NCBI GenBank assembly: GCA_001687465.1
Contig: LVLI01000013.1
Location: 1 to 64,000, forward strand
DNA length: 64,000 nucleotides
From: Halocafeteria seosinensis
Taxonomy: Eukaryota
Reading direction: 5' to 3'
Part shown: in pieces, positions 46,274 through 60,720 of the stretch
Layout of the letters: each line of letters begins with the position of its first letter
Position numbering within the stretch: position 1 is the stretch's first letter
The notes under the pieces: model-generated
Told to the model about the DNA's origin: nothing
Database searches by the model: none
The model's input: only the letters and a program-made list of their open reading frames with translations
Made by a program: the position numbers and the translations under genes

Positions 46274-49200
46274 ATGGAGTCGGAAAGCCAAGAAAGCGAG
46301 CCTCGAGTTCACGCCCCTGACAGTGCCACTTTACGAGCTGCTGCTAGCAAGTATGATAAGGAGAATGATGATGGGAGCGAGTTAGAGGCAGATGGAGACA
46401 ATGAGGAGCATAACACCGTGTTCGTACGGCGCTTGGCATCTACAGTACAAGAGACTGTAAGTAATCGCACGGCAGGACGATTTAACACAGCGTATATCGA
46501 GCTACTGATAGTGTACTCTTGGCCACGTTGTGCTTGGTGTTAAGTTGCCGTGGGATGGTGTAGGAGTTTTGTACTTGTTGGGTCTGTGACCGTTGTATAT
46601 GACTCGAATATCTTAACCACTGACACCTGAACCACAACTTGAAGTGGGATTCATACATCACTTGTTTTTACAGGAACTGGAGGAGATGTTTTCCGAAATC
46701 GGTCCAATTCAAAGAGCTTTCATCATACGAGATAAGCAAACGGGCGAGTCGAAACAATTCGGATTTGTGCAGTTGTAAGTTTGACCCTTTTCTAATCTGG
46801 TCGTAGTCAACGTTTGTTCAATTTTCTCGACATCATCCTGTGCAGTGTTCTTGAAGAGGATGCCTCTACTGCATTGAAGAACCTACAGAATAAGGCCTTG
46901 AAAGGGAAACAGATACAACTCTCAAAAGCTAGGAAACCGGGTGAGAAACCTTCCGCAAGCGAACGTACATCCGAGTCGAAAACGACCCCAAAGAAAGGGA
47001 AGACAACGGAGCAGAAAGAGGATTCAGATGAAAATAGAAGATCTATAATTGTATTTGGTCTTCCCGATGGCTTTGATGGAAAGACTCTCCGCAAGAGAGT
47101 GAGAAAATTGGGAAATATAGAACACTTTGAATGGCCGGTTACTGGTATTGGCCGGTGCCCAGGTTCTACGTGCGTGGCGCGAATTTTGTTTCAAAACCGG
47201 CAAGAATGCCTCGAGGCAACGAGAAAACTTGATAAACACGAGATACATGTAAGTTTTCATAGTCTTGCCCGAATCAAATTTCGCTGCCCAACGGTCCTAT
47301 GGATTGGAAGACGCAGGGCTACCCCATGAGAGTCAGACATGCTGACGAAGTTTTCCGAGAAACTGACGGAAGAAATGCAGCTCGTCTTATAATCCGCAAC
47401 ATGTCTTTCCAAGTATGTTATCTCTTAGTTCTGAGCTGGGTATACTTTGATCCATCTTTTTGGATGATATGCAGACTCAGGAATCCGAGCTAGCGAATAT
47501 GTTTAAAGAGTTTGGGCCTCTAGCGGACGTCAAGATAGCCCGGGAGCAAACGGAACTAGGTACTGGGAAGGCTCCCAAAGCGAGAAGTAGAGGCTTTGGG
47601 TTTGTTCAATTTTGTACCAAAACTGATGCGGCTCGAGCGCTACAAGAGTGTAACGAAGCACAGCTGCGCAAGCGCACTATTGCTGTGGATTGGGCACGAT
47701 CGAAGAAGCACTATGAAGTGCTACTGAAGCAAATGGCTAAAGAAAACAAACAACAAAGCGAAGTGAAGAATGTAATCGAGGCGGAACATCCTGAGAACAT
47801 TAACGAGGAGACGGGACCCTCCTCAGAGGATGGTGCGAGTGAAGTAGAAGCAGAAAGCGAGGACTCAAGCGTTGCTGGAAAGCATGCAAGTGTTGCTTCG
47901 GATTTAAATGACACTTCTTCTGATCAAAACGTGGCCGAACAGAGGGAGTCGGTAATGCAAACAACGGACGATGTTCATGAAGGAAAAACCTTGTTCATTA
48001 GGAACATTCCATTTGATGCAACAGAAGACGAAGTACATCGTACATTTCGCCGCTTCGGCAAGCTCAGATACGCCAGACTTGTGCTGGACAGGGCTTCAGG
48101 CCTTTCACGGGGATCTGGTTTTGTCCAATATATACAGAAGCAAGATGCTGACGAGGCACTGAGAACAGCGAACCACGGCCAACTTCCTCCAGAAGATGGG
48201 GAAACGGTGTACACTTCGCCGCAGGGGTCAAACAGCGGTGATGTAGTTCCGAATGCTCCTTTCTCTCAATTGAGGGAGAAAAGTGCAGAAAATCATCATC
48301 TTCCAGCTTCCGTGAAGGCTGCGTTGCAAAGTGGTGGGATTGCATTGAAGGACCGGCCATTATTGGTGACCCGCGCCATACAAAAGGTATGAAAGCACTC
48401 TGTCTATTCAAGCCTTTTGATCGTTGATATTCTGCTGTTCAAATTTTGCCCAGGAAAAAGCGCGGCAACTAACACAGAAATCGGAAGAGTCAAGGAAGAA
48501 GTTTGATCGGCGCCATTTATACTTAGCGAGGGAAGGAACGATCGCCGGTGGAACAGAAACGGCAAAGAATATGCCCTCGTCTGATCTGGCGAAGAGAGAG
48601 GAAGCCTCCCGTGACAAGAATAACAAGCTCAGGAATCCTCTATTTTTCGTGTCCCCGGTTCGTTTATCTGTACGGAATTTACACAAGGGGATAGGAGATA
48701 AAGAACTGAAGAAGGCTATTCTTATGGCCTCGGAGAAAGGTAAGGGCATACTTGTCTAACATCATAGACTCATGTAGTTACCGAAGTGCTAAGTGTGCAG
48801 GCCTGAAGGAGGGGCTGGTTAGTCCAACTGAAGGGGACCCAAACCTATGGCCCAAAGCCGGCACGAAGGTAAGCCGTGTTCCTTGTCTCATGAAGACTAC
48901 TTGTGATGCTTCAGATTTGTGAACAGATATCGACAATGCGCCCCAAGGTGACGCAATGCAAAGTCATGCGAGACAATCCTCGCAAAGAAGGCGAAAGACT
49001 TCGGTTAGAAGCTGATGGCGTCACTCCGAAGTAAGCGTTTAGTGTGTATATAAGGAACCTGTTATGGCTTTGCTACTACAGCTTGCACATATGCAACGCA
49101 GATCAAAAGGCTTCGCATTCGTGGAATTCGCCGAGCATTTTATGGCCCTCGCCGCGATGAGAATGCTTAACAACAACCCGGACTTCTCGCATTTAAGCGT

Positions 49201-49905
49201 TGGAGGTGCGTCCTGCATGAAGACTCCGGAACAGTCTCGTCCCCGCTTAATAGGTAAGAGGGATTTTTGGCTTCGAAACAATTCAATTTTCATCTATTGC
49301 TGGATGCAGTGGAGTTTACGATTGAGAACGCTGCAAAACTAAAGCTCCAGGAGAAGCGTAAAGAGGCTGCAGAGAGGAAACATAAAGTTTGTGAGGAAGT
49401 GGAGCCCGCCGGTTCCCATCCTGTGGCTGTTTCAGAGGAATCAGAGTCAGTAGGAACCAGTGGCGTGATAGAAGAAAGCGAGGTCCAGGGTGCTGCCTCA
49501 GACGGTGATCCCTCGGACTCAGATAACAGCGGAGAGGAATCCATGGATACCGGGGATACTGGTAGCATTTCGGGAATAGAGTTCGATGACGAAGGTAATG
49601 TATCTAAAGGAAACGTTGATGACTCTGACATTGATTTTGATGTGGGCGAGGAAACGGATACAATGGACGAGAGCGGTTGTGTTGGTGGCTTTCCTATCCC
49701 CGAGTCACTGAAAAGACAGCCTAGAACGGCAAAAGATACTGGTCAGCCAGCGCAGCGCGCAAAAGACGTTCAGTCTTACGCTGCTGCGAGGGCGCTGGCT
49801 AGTGCAAGAGAAACGAAGGGCCAACGAACGTCTGCCAAAAAACAAACGAAACGTAAGCAAAAGGCGCCCAAGGAACCCATGGCAAAGAAATCAAAGCGCG
49901 CTTAA
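46274..49905 (+). CDS. RBM28: Nucleolar multi-RRM protein RBM28/Nop4, multi-exon
   Basis: TVFVRRL, RLIIRNMSF, SRGFGFVQF, IAVDWA, GKTLFIRNIPFD, DRRHLYLAREG, KLRNPLFFVSPVRLSVRNL, RSKGFAFVEF.EH..AL.AMR.LNNNP, RLIVEF.IEN. Confidence 0.92.
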
Positions 49906-50420
49906 AAACAGTAACATTAATCCTGCTTAGTGCTACTTGGTGGTACAGTTGTACTCTGAGGAAGCTGCAGTCCATACAAGACTGGAAAAGAGAGGACAGA
50001 AATGGTGTTAACGCACTATACGTCGTGGCACGATACCGACTCGATAGCGATTGCTACTCCATTATTAGCTTTCATACTGCATGAGGTTTTATTACGTGAA
50101 GCTATATTCCATATCAAACAATCGAAAATTTCTGTCTGTCAAGTAATTTTTGCGGTTGATTAGAACTACTGTACCATTCTGCTAGCTCATGGGCCATGGT
50201 TCGGAATTCACTGGGTTCAAGGAATTGAAGCTGTCACTGTGGTCCCGAAACCTGTTGAAGTTTGTGTCCAGTTGCCATTACGTTATCAATGGTAGCTTGA
50301 ATAATACAAGTTGTATTGTTCTCCTTTTCAGTGTTAGTACACATCGCTCTTTCTAGAAAAACCAGAACGATTTTCCTCCTTTTGGACACCAGGTATCGTT
50401 TGCAGAAGGGAGTTGAAAGA

Positions 50421-52460
50421 ATGGCAAGACCGTACCCGGGGCTGGTAAGCTCTGACGCGCCAGATTTTTTTAAGGTGTGAAAACATTTTCATAAGGTTGC
50501 CAATGCATTCTGCCAGGTTTTAAGCACTATTTCTTCTGCAATCATCGCAGACATCTTCCCCAGTTCTCCCTGCGCGTGGCGGTCAAAGCACTCAATGGAC
50601 CATTGAAGTAAGCCCCACAGTTCTGTATACACACGTACTAGACACACTAACAGTCGGTTCAAACATTCAGTCCGATAGCGATTACGCTCCCGCGTCCATT
50701 GAACTTAACAAGAGTCTTGCTCCCTTGGAGTGGCAAATACCTCCTCGAACATCGACGCACTCGGCACAGAGGAGCCAACGACGAAGTAGCCAGTTCTCGG
50801 GAGATCACCAAAGAGCCGCAGAATTAAAAGCCTACAACAGGACACGCAATACTATCAATTATTATTCATCAAAGGATGCAGGTATGCGTTATCACATTCC
50901 TGATAGTTACGAAAACCGCTATAAAGCCGTACAGAGAAGTAATGGCGTTTCAGCGTTCCATAGGTGAGTCTGCATGTATGTATGTATCCATAGATGTAAC
51001 AGACCGTTAGAACGTGCATATCTTAACTATCTCAGGCGTAGAGGCCAATTGGCCCGTTATTTGGAGGAAGCTCACAAGCGGCGAAATATGACCCCTTCTC
51101 AGACCTCGCACTCACGTCTCAGTTCACTTTCACACACAATTCCCGAAGCCAACCCCAACTCTAGCTTGAGTAACAAAGTTCGCGGAAGAACGGGTTCGTC
51201 AAACGTTTTCCCATGGCATTGTTAACGCGCTATTTTGACTCTGGAAAACATGCAGGCCTGTGGTTGGATGAGGAGCGGCGGTTGGAAATGCTTCGTACAC
51301 TTAGTGACAGCAGCAACGGACCACTTGGCACTACTCGAGGACTACGGGGGCGTACTTGTGCACGAAGACTTGTTGACAGTGCTGTCTGTGAATCCAAGAA
51401 GAATACATTTGGGAGCAGTGTGAGCCTAGGACGGTCGATGGGAGGAGCGTACGGTCATGAAAGCAGTGCGGCGACTGCCACGAATGTGTTACCAAAGCAT
51501 GCGTCGCGCACTGGATACGTATGTAGTCCATGTTGGAGTACAACGATTGTGTAACAGGCTTTATGATCCCCACTCTGCAGTTTGACGATATTCCCAGGAG
51601 TGTGAACTGCGGCTTCGACCAAGAATTTGGACACTGTGTGGGAGACTCGAAGGTCCAGAAGAGAAGCATGTCTGGGGAAGAATTCATGCTTGCGGAGCCA
51701 CCTCCATTGGACTTCTTGAGCGAAGATTATGGAAGAAACGTGAGGACAATCTACAACAAAGGGAGTGGAGGTATGTATATCAACGTGTATCCTGCGTCTC
51801 GTGTGAGAGCACTCGTAATTGTGATGGGATTCAGGTGGAGCTCTCGGTACATCCACAGGTGGGGCAACCATGCACCTTCCTGGAAGAGCTTACAGCTCTG
51901 TAAGGACATTGGAAACACCACTGAGCCCCATCAAAGAGAGCAAGAATACAGCGGCATGTGCAACTGCTTCAATGTGTTCCCACACTTTGAGAAAGAATGC
52001 CCCAAATTCTACGCAGTTACAGCGTGACCACAAAGGATACTTTCAGATTGCTGAAGACAATAGCTACTGGGATACAGTCAAAACCTCGAGTACGGAGAAA
52101 TTGAAACTGATTCGTATTTCCCACTTGTGTAGAGGAATGATGCAAAGCCGATATTTAGCCCGACAAAACGAAGAGCCAGAAATAGAGCTCAACCATCGGT
52201 TCTTTACACAGGGTAGATGGAAGACACTCGGGCTGTCTGGGCACAAAACAGGAAATACAAAGGATAATAGGCCAGCACTGCATAAAGAAAAGTATAGCAT
52301 CATTCGTCTCTTCGAAAATGCTGATGAAGCCTGCGTGAAAGAAGCATCGAATGGGTTCCGGAAGATCGATGATCATACAGATGACAGCGTCAGATCACCA
52401 TCCACTGAGCAGCAAAATGCTGCAGATGAACAATCTGGTGAAGCATCCAAAACCAAGTAG
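50421..52460 (+). CDS. Hypothetical multi-exon protein; 5' exons uncertain
   Basis: Consecutive + strand ORFs separated by GT-AG intron-like gaps (one at ~51772-51833 joins the frames); no family recognised. Confidence 0.4.
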
Positions 52461-52680
52461 ATGAAGTCACTTTACCCCGAGGCTCCAACATTACGGCTGG
52501 CCAAAGCAGTGTGCATCATAAAAGCACCGCCAGCCAGGTAATTCCTCGTCCACCTGGAAGGGCAATCGTTAGGCAAGCTCCACGACATCGTCCAAACTGC
52601 CGTACGCCGGGCGACTCCCCGGAGAGTCTTGTGCGTCCTATCACCCGAAACTATTAGGAGCAGAATCTAGACGCAAAAAT

Positions 52681-54017
52681 TCACGAACTCAAGGTGGCTA
52701 CCCAGGTAGGGTCTGCATAGCGAAGAATTTTCTCCGAAAATGAGCAGATATGTTGGTTATGAAAGGTTCTGGCTATCAGCTCGTTAACACTCGCATCAGA
52801 GTTGAGGCTAAGCAACGTGTTTGCGACATTTCGAAGTTCAAAGCATGCAGAGCCTAGGGGCATGGATTCCCCCTCTGCGGTTGAACTCGAAAACAGCTTT
52901 GAAATAGCGAAGTTGTTAGCTGCATTAACACTTTCATCAAGCATGTTCTGAACTATGGTTGCTGAGAGAGGGTTATCAACACAATCAGAATAACAATTCA
53001 AGATCGCTCTCCCTATATTTTCCACCGAAGTAAGGTTTTCCTCCGTGACACGGCTACCATCGCCCAACTGATTGCTAGCTTGCTCAATATCCACACTGTT
53101 GCCCACGCCTGGAAGTCGAATCAAAACCGATCCCTCATCCTCCTCTCTAGCCCTGACAGCTTGAATAAGACTCCGAAAGCCTTGAGAATCCATTTTGCTC
53201 TGGCAAGTACGACCGTCGTCCAGAGCAGATGAACTGAACATCTCGAATCGGCCAATTAGCTGAGGCAAGAACTTCTCGTGTAACTCGCGAAGCAAAGCAT
53301 CTACTACCGCAATTCGAACAATACGAATACGTGGATTTCTATCTCCTTTCGTATCCTCTGGGCTTCGCCCAGTTTTCGAATTTTCGTTAAACACACCGTG
53401 GTAGACGGCATTGGCGATTGCGGCGTACATCACTCGAATCGCCCACGTGACGTATACAACGGAGTATATCGTGACCATGTACCTCGTAATCCCTGGGTTT
53501 GGGCAAAGCATAATTGCATATGTTGAGCCACAGCTGGCAACAAAGCAAATACATACCAATCACCGTGACTCGCTTCCACTCCTCGGCCTTTTCATTAGGA
53601 GGAAGTTCTGGATTCTTGAGTTTCCGTAGATGCTTATTCATGCCACACTTATTTGGAATGGAGCTTCGTAAACCTCCAATTATGTTGCGAATCGTGTGAA
53701 CAGAATCGTCGGTGGCTTGTGTGGAAAGCTCACTCAATCTGTATGACATTAAGATTTTCAGATGCTTGCATGCTTAGAGTTGATTCCATTGGCATACCAT
53801 ACTTTTGTTCGGCGTGCAGCTGCTTTGACAAGACTCCTTGGAATTGGTGCTGAATAGAAGGCAAGTTCTCCGTCACATGTTTTCCCACAAAGTATAGGCC
53901 ACTCCCCACAGCACCAGCGGTACTCAGCCATCCAAGTGTCCTAAACCAAGACGAAGAGGCTCCAGTCCCCCCTTGAGGATGGTCATCGTCATATGGGAGC
54001 ATACTCTGTCTAGCCAT
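52681..54017 (-). CDS. PEX3: Peroxisomal biogenesis factor 3-like, multi-exon (3' end approximate)
   Basis: N-terminal GAVGSGLYFVGK anchor; LK..L...EKAEEWKRVTVI.ITR..V.IY.......IRV; late MPLG, matching the PEX3 layout. Confidence 0.7.
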
Positions 54018-54201
54018 TTGTGTGGTCGTTTCGAACACGGCAAGGAGCTGAAAAGCCAATCAACACATTCCTATTAGCCTAGTATAGTTGTATTAGGACC
54101 CCCATTCCGTTATGCGGCAGGGGCATACTTCAAGGGCTCGAATTCATGTGTGGTGACACAACTCATTGTCGTACAGGTAGTGTGGCTTATCGAGTGTGAT
54201 A

Positions 54202-57200
54202 TTATGTAGCAGCGTGGAACTCTATGGACGATTGGGACCCACTATCCTGGTTATTGTTGGAATGCGATTCGCTGCTAACATTACTCAATTCTGCGAAACT
54301 CTGCTTCACCCTACGAAGACGTTCGCTTAAACTACTGCTGCTAGTTGTCCGAGAAACTGCGATTGTTTCCGTGCCACTTCGGTACATACGGGGCATCGAT
54401 AGGGAAGTGGAAGTCGTCGATCCATGTGTACTTCCCTGCGCCACCGTTACACTTGCACTGGCACTAGAAGCGGTCTCCGCTGGTAAGCTGTAAGTGTAAT
54501 AGGATTTGTCGAAAATGGGGGTTTGAGACCCAGTTTTCTGGGAGGATTCTTCCTCACTATCAGCATTTACGTCGATATGAACTGAACCCGTCGGGTTTAC
54601 TCGGATGCGGGAGTGGCTGAGGTCGTGGTCTACCTCCGAGCGGTCAGTTCCTGGTGTATGATAGTAATGGCTGCTGCCAGGATATTCTTGGGGCTGCTGC
54701 TGTGGTCCTTGCCAATATTCGGGATCTGATGCTGTTCTGCCAAAGTGTAAAGGTTGTCGTTCCCAGGCTTGAATTGGTGGGGATGTGTACCGGGCATTTT
54801 GGTTAAACGAGTCCAAAGACTGCTTCAAGGAGGAGATTTGTTCATTAGCTGTCTCAAGACCGGTGCGTAGACGTTTATTTTCCTTCTCAAGGGACGCCAC
54901 CTGAGTTCGTAGCTCGGTAGCCTCGTTGTCGTCCTCTTTAAGCTGCTCTTTCCAGCCCGCCAGCTCTGATTCCGTCTCAGCAAGACGCTTTGACAGAGAG
55001 TCTCTCTCTGCACGCAATGATTGCTGCTCTTCCTGCTCCATGTTCGCGTGCTGATACAAACTATCATATCGTTTTTGCAGATCCGTATATTCGTTATACC
55101 ACTTTTCCGCTTCCCTCTGCGCGGATTCCAGCTTCCTCATGGCGTTCTCACTTTGCTTACGAGCTTGATCCCCTTCAGAAGTGAGAGTTTGAAGGTCCTG
55201 ACCGAGAGCATTTTCCAACTCTTGCTGTTCCTGCTGAGCTTCTGCTAATCGCGTACTGAGGGACTGAACCTCCGATTCAGTATTTGCTAACTTAGTTTCT
55301 GTTTCCTCTAACCGGACGCGAAGATCCTCTGCTTCGTTGCGCGATCGGTTCTTCATCTCCACTTCTTTGTCGCATTTCTCTTTCCATTCCTGGACGCTCC
55401 CTTCCAACCGATTGCGCGACTCTTTCAACCTTTGGATCTCAGCTTTGGCAGCGGCCAGTCGCCCGGATTCTCGTCCGCCATTTTGTTCCGCCGTCGCGTA
55501 CGCTTCTCTACTCTCCTGCAACTCCCGTTTTACATTATCGAGCTGCAGCACCACACACTATGGTTACGGGGTACGCGAAAATACCATCTGGGAGATTTCC
55601 ACGGTCTTACCTCACTCTGCAACTCTTCTTTATCCGACTTAAGATTCCCGTTTTCCTTCTGTAGTTGGCGGTGTGACGACCTCGCATCTTCCAGTTCTTG
55701 CGCGATGGACGCTAAGCGTTCAGTGGAACCTTCTAGATCTGCTTGAAGTTGTGACACTTTCTGGCGAAGCTGTTCGTTTTCTTGTTGTGTAACTCTGTAT
55801 TGACTCTCACTAGCCGCTAAGGCACTCTTCAACTCGCTGATTTTGTTTTCAGCCTGGCTCAGGGCCGCTGCTCGTTCTCGAGCACCCATTGCGGCCTGAT
55901 TAAGAGCCTGTAAACGAGGCTGTGCACTCTCAGTTTCTTTCTCCAGGTGCTGTACTCGGGATAGAGTCGAATGGAAACGTTTCCCTATTTCACCAATGTC
56001 GCCACTAATTTGACCGTAAACTTCCTGCAACAGTCTCAACGCCCCTTCTAAACTTTGTGAGTCATCACCATGCTTACTCTCAGTATAAATGGAGGTATCC
56101 AATTCTCCGTGTTGTTTCCTTTTCTTTTCCTGCTGTGGCTTCCGTTCACCACCTACCGGTTTTGTAGATTCTAAGAGGGGCTGCATCACTTCTTGCCGCA
56201 ATGTCTCCATCTGAGACCGCATGGTTGAAATTGTCTCGCGGCTACGCTCAATCTCTCTAGACATACTACCGACACTGCGTTGTAAGCCCCTTCTTTCATC
56301 TCGGAGATTACGTATTTGGGTGTTCTGTTGTTTCAGTTTCGAGTTTTGACTCTCTGGGACGACAAATTGTGCAAGATAATAGGAGACTATACGAAAGCAC
56401 TATATCCAGTCTTGCCTACATACCAGCTAGCTCCGTCATCTCAGTGAGCTGCTGTTGAAGTTCTTCTATTCGTCGGTGAAGCTCATTTGTTTCATCTTGG
56501 TGAGACTTCGCGTTTTGTTCAATCCTTGTGTCCGCTTCGCTTAGCTTCTTCTTAGCACCCTCCAGTTCATCCTTGGTGCTGCGCAATTCGTTTTTTGCGT
56601 TTTCCAACTCAGTCTCTAAAGCCTCAACAGATTGCTTCTTTTCATCCAAGTCATTCTCCCGACTGAAAAACAACCATAACAAACAAGGTTCACGCCAACA
56701 TTTTGCGTTCATAACGGACACTTACTCGTGCACTCGTTGCAAGAGCATTTCTCTTTCCGTAACTAATTCTTTCTTTAGACGCTCACACTCCTTGCTCTTC
56801 GAGTCTCGTTCATTTCGCAAGTCATAAAATTGCTGCACAACTCAGCTCGCGTTCCACAGTGTCGCATAGACAGTATGCTAGCAACGTCAACTTACTTGCT
56901 CCGTCGCCCTAGATGAGTAAAGCGCTTCGTCTCTTTCCTTCTTTGCTTCGGAGAGCTGAGATCTGGTTTCAACTAATTTTTCTTCTAACGTGTCACGTTC
57001 AGATCTAACGCTTTCAAGCTGGTGTTTAACGTTCTCTTGCTCGAGTTGCAGATCTTCATACTGAGATTTCACGCTATACAGCTCATCGGAAGCGTGCTTA
57101 TATTTACTCTCGAGATGTTCAGTCCTATTCCGATATTCTTCCAGAGATGTTTGCAATCGAGAGGTTTCAGCTGATCGAGCTCTCTGCTCTTCTGCTAGGG

Positions 57201-60200
57201 CGGATTCGGCTTCGGTAGCTTTGTCCTCCGCTTGAGAAAGAGACGTCTTCAATTGGGATATCTGTAGCAAGTCCACGAGAAACATGACAGCACTTATTTG
57301 CAATAGGGACTGGACTACACGTACTTCGTTCCTCAGAGAGTGTATTTCTTCGTGTAGCCACCGCTTAGCTTCCCGTTTCTCCCGAGAGTCTCTTTCACCT
57401 CGAGACGCTGCATCTTGAAGTTTTTGTCCTGCATGCCGCAACCACCTGCCGGTTCGAGATAGCAGCGATCCCTGGACAAAACCCCACAGTAGCACATTTG
57501 CAACAATCCAACAACTACGTAGTCAGAACAATGCCCTTACTAGGTGAGGTGCGCCGTTGACTACCTCATCTGATTTCGCGAATTCCAGAGCGCGGTCCGC
57601 ACGTTCGATGATGACTCGTCCAGCGGCATCCATCACTGTGTAGGACGGCACGGACTGCAGCCTTGGATTTTGCCCCGACGAACTTGTCGCTCCTCCTTCT
57701 TCTTCCTCCGTAAGTGTTACAGTACCTTTCAACCGACGACCAGATGCAGTAGCTTCCTCTTCTTCTTCCCGTTCGGCTTCGCCTTCGTCAATCTCTGCAG
57801 CGGCTTTCTCTAGTGACTTCCACGACGTCTGCAGCGCAAGAAGCGATAACTACTGGTATAGGCATTCCATCCACCATCGAATACATACCTTGATGGATCG
57901 GAGGTTCGCAATTTCAGTATTCAAGGCATTATTTTGCGATTCCAAATTCGCAATGGTTGCATTTGCATTGGAGCTCTGAGTCTGCAACTCACTCGCCTTC
58001 TGCTTGTAATGCTCCATCGAGGTTTGAATCTGCACGTGGGCACACACAGTACAAACGACTGAGCGACGCTCTATGGTAAGACTCCTTCCGGTACTTACGG
58101 AAGTACACTCTTCTCGTAAATCCGCCAGCTTGGATTCCAACTCTTGATAGTGGCGGCGGTATTCCTGAAGCTCCCGTCGAGTAGAGTTGAGTCTTTCCTC
58201 AAGATCAGAGCCTGCCAAGCACCAAGAGGCTAAGCATTTTTCACGCAATACATGAACACTGAATCTGACTAACTTTGCTTGTAGTAATCGTCCTTCCCTC
58301 CTTCTGCATCGTCGAGCGCGCGTTCGGCCGATTGTAGCTTGCTGCGAGTCAGATCGTATTGCTCTTGCAACTCCTCCTTCTCGTTCTGCGAAGCGGTAAT
58401 GCAAAACCGTCCATACCCAAAGGACAGGCTATTTTACACAAGCGCCATACCTTCGCCTGCTGCGCTTCTTGCTTAGTTTCACGAATTGTCGATAGCAGCT
58501 CGTTTTGCACCGCAGTAAGCTCTTCTATTTCTCGCTCCTGCTTCACAGCATACCTGCGTTATTAGTTGCCTTGCTGCGGGGCACGAAGGCAAGGGTCTTA
58601 CCTTGCGTTTTAACTCTCGTTGACAAGACTGTGTCGTTGCGTCGACAGTTGCCGTATACTCTGTATTCGCACACACAAGCAGACAACGTCTACGGAGACA
58701 AGAACTATGTACCGACGGAAGGCATGCACGAACCTCGTTCATTATCCGCTCTTGTAGCCTGAGCTGACCGTTCAGATTCCTTCGATTTGCTTTCCGATGT
58801 CTCCAATTTCCCTTTTAAATCTAGGATATCTTGGTTAAGCCGCTTCTCCTTATTTTCCTTATCCTGCTTAGTTGAGTTACTCGGCTCGTAGATCCCCTGT
58901 TTTTGCGGTAGTAAACACAACGGTAACTTACTTGAATATAGTCCAGCAAGGCTGCTTTTTCCCTTTCTAAACGTTCTATATCACTCTCTTTGTTCGGGAC
59001 TTCGGGATATCCGTTTTGATGCTGTGCAGGAAGTGCACTGGTGTCGGATCCATACACATGCCTATGTCCCTTTGGAGTAACTTGCTCTTGCAGGCGTTCT
59101 AAGTCCTGTTCTAAAGTCCTGCATGTTTGCTCTTGCGCATCTCGTTCATCTTGTGCCACCTTGAGCTGACCTTTAAGGTTTGCTATCTCGCTTAATAACT
59201 TGGAAGAGCCTCCGTCTTTTCTATCGAAGCCCAGCTCTTCCACACGCGACTCCAGAGAATTTTCAAGAACCGAAATATATGCCCTTGCCTCTTCAGCACT
59301 TCTAGCCTCATTTCGAAGACTTCTGTGTATATCATCGCGGTCTTTCCTTAGTTTCTGGATTTCGCTCTGCGGGAGAGTGCGAACAATGAAGTCGCCTTTG
59401 AATCAATCTCACACACGAGAGTCAGCTTACCTGAAGCTGCTGGTTAGTCTGCTTGTAAGACTCCAACTCCCGACGAAGCTTATTGTTTTGGGTCTTAGGT
59501 GGTTCGTTGGTATCGCTGCGAGGAACTTCTTTGGAGCCTTGTGATTCCAGCTTCGCGACTTTGGAGCGCAGATGTTCGACTCGCGCCGCTGCTTGGGACC
59601 GTTCATGTTCTTTGCGTTCTAATGCACTCTTGGTTTGCTTCAGCTGAGTGCAGGAAAGGTGTCCACTTAAATACGTATAATACGGGTAGTAGTGGTATGA
59701 TACATACTTCTCTAGCGGTTCTATCTTGCTGTTCCCGAGTTTCGGATAGCTGCTTTTCCAGCCTCTTCAGCATTGTATTCTGATTGGATGCATTTCTTCG
59801 AGTCTCAGCTTCTTTCGATACTTGTTGGCTTTTCTGGTTTACATTCGTAGCCGGACTCTGCTTCAGCAAAGTGCAAATGGTGGGTTGTTTGTCGAGTGGG
59901 GATGACATCTATGTTAAGTAAAATACCTTACCATCGTCGAAGAGGGGATCGGAGTTCCTATATGAGACTCTTGTACGGGAAGAGGGTGTTCATTCCAGAT
60001 GTCACGGATGCGACGCTCACACAAGTTGGCGTAAGATTTCCATGATTGTAGTTCATTCTGCGAGTGAGCAACAAACCTTTGAAGCATCAACAAGATTGAG
60101 ACTCATTAATCCCCCTATCCTAGCACCCACATGTAATCTGGAGAGCTCCTCCGCCTGCTGCCGAATCTTAGACGCAAACTGTGAGTTATTTTGCGTGTCC

Positions 60201-60720
60201 CCATGGAAATATCCTGCATCAACCAGGGCCAGACATGGGACTTCTATTCCAGTCCTTTGTTGCAACGAAGTTAATCCTTACCACCTGCCGTTGAAGTCCT
60301 TCCCGACTGCGGTGTCTGCGTTTGTGGAGTATACTGCAGAGGAGCCTGAGCTAATTGGCTCAATGGCACCGCGGGAGAGCTCGGCGTCGAGGTAGATTGA
60401 ACGTGCCCGTAAGCTGTGCTCCCTGGAGCGCCGTCCTGTCCTTGGGAGAACGCCGTCGGCTGGTATTGCATCCGGGTATAGGACGACCCGACATCCATGG
60501 GAGCATGCCCTCTAGGCGCGCTACCAGGTCCACCCATGATATACTGTGAAAGAGCGGCATTGGACGGATATGGCGTCGATAAGACAGCTGGCCCTTCGGG
60601 GTGCTGCCATCCTGAGTGTCCCTGTGCAGCTTCATTGTAACGCGTAGAGGGGGCATATTCTACACCCTCCGCATGTTCTGTGTTTACGCAGGAGTAAGAC
60701 ATTTTCATACATGATGGCAT
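54202..60720 (-). CDS. Very large multi-exon coiled-coil protein (centrosomal/cytoskeletal-like); start approximate
   Basis: Chain of E/Q/K/L-rich heptad exons separated by ~55-80 nt GT-AG introns; SKIRQQAEEL and EKAALLDYIQ motifs; low-complexity termini. Confidence 0.7.
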
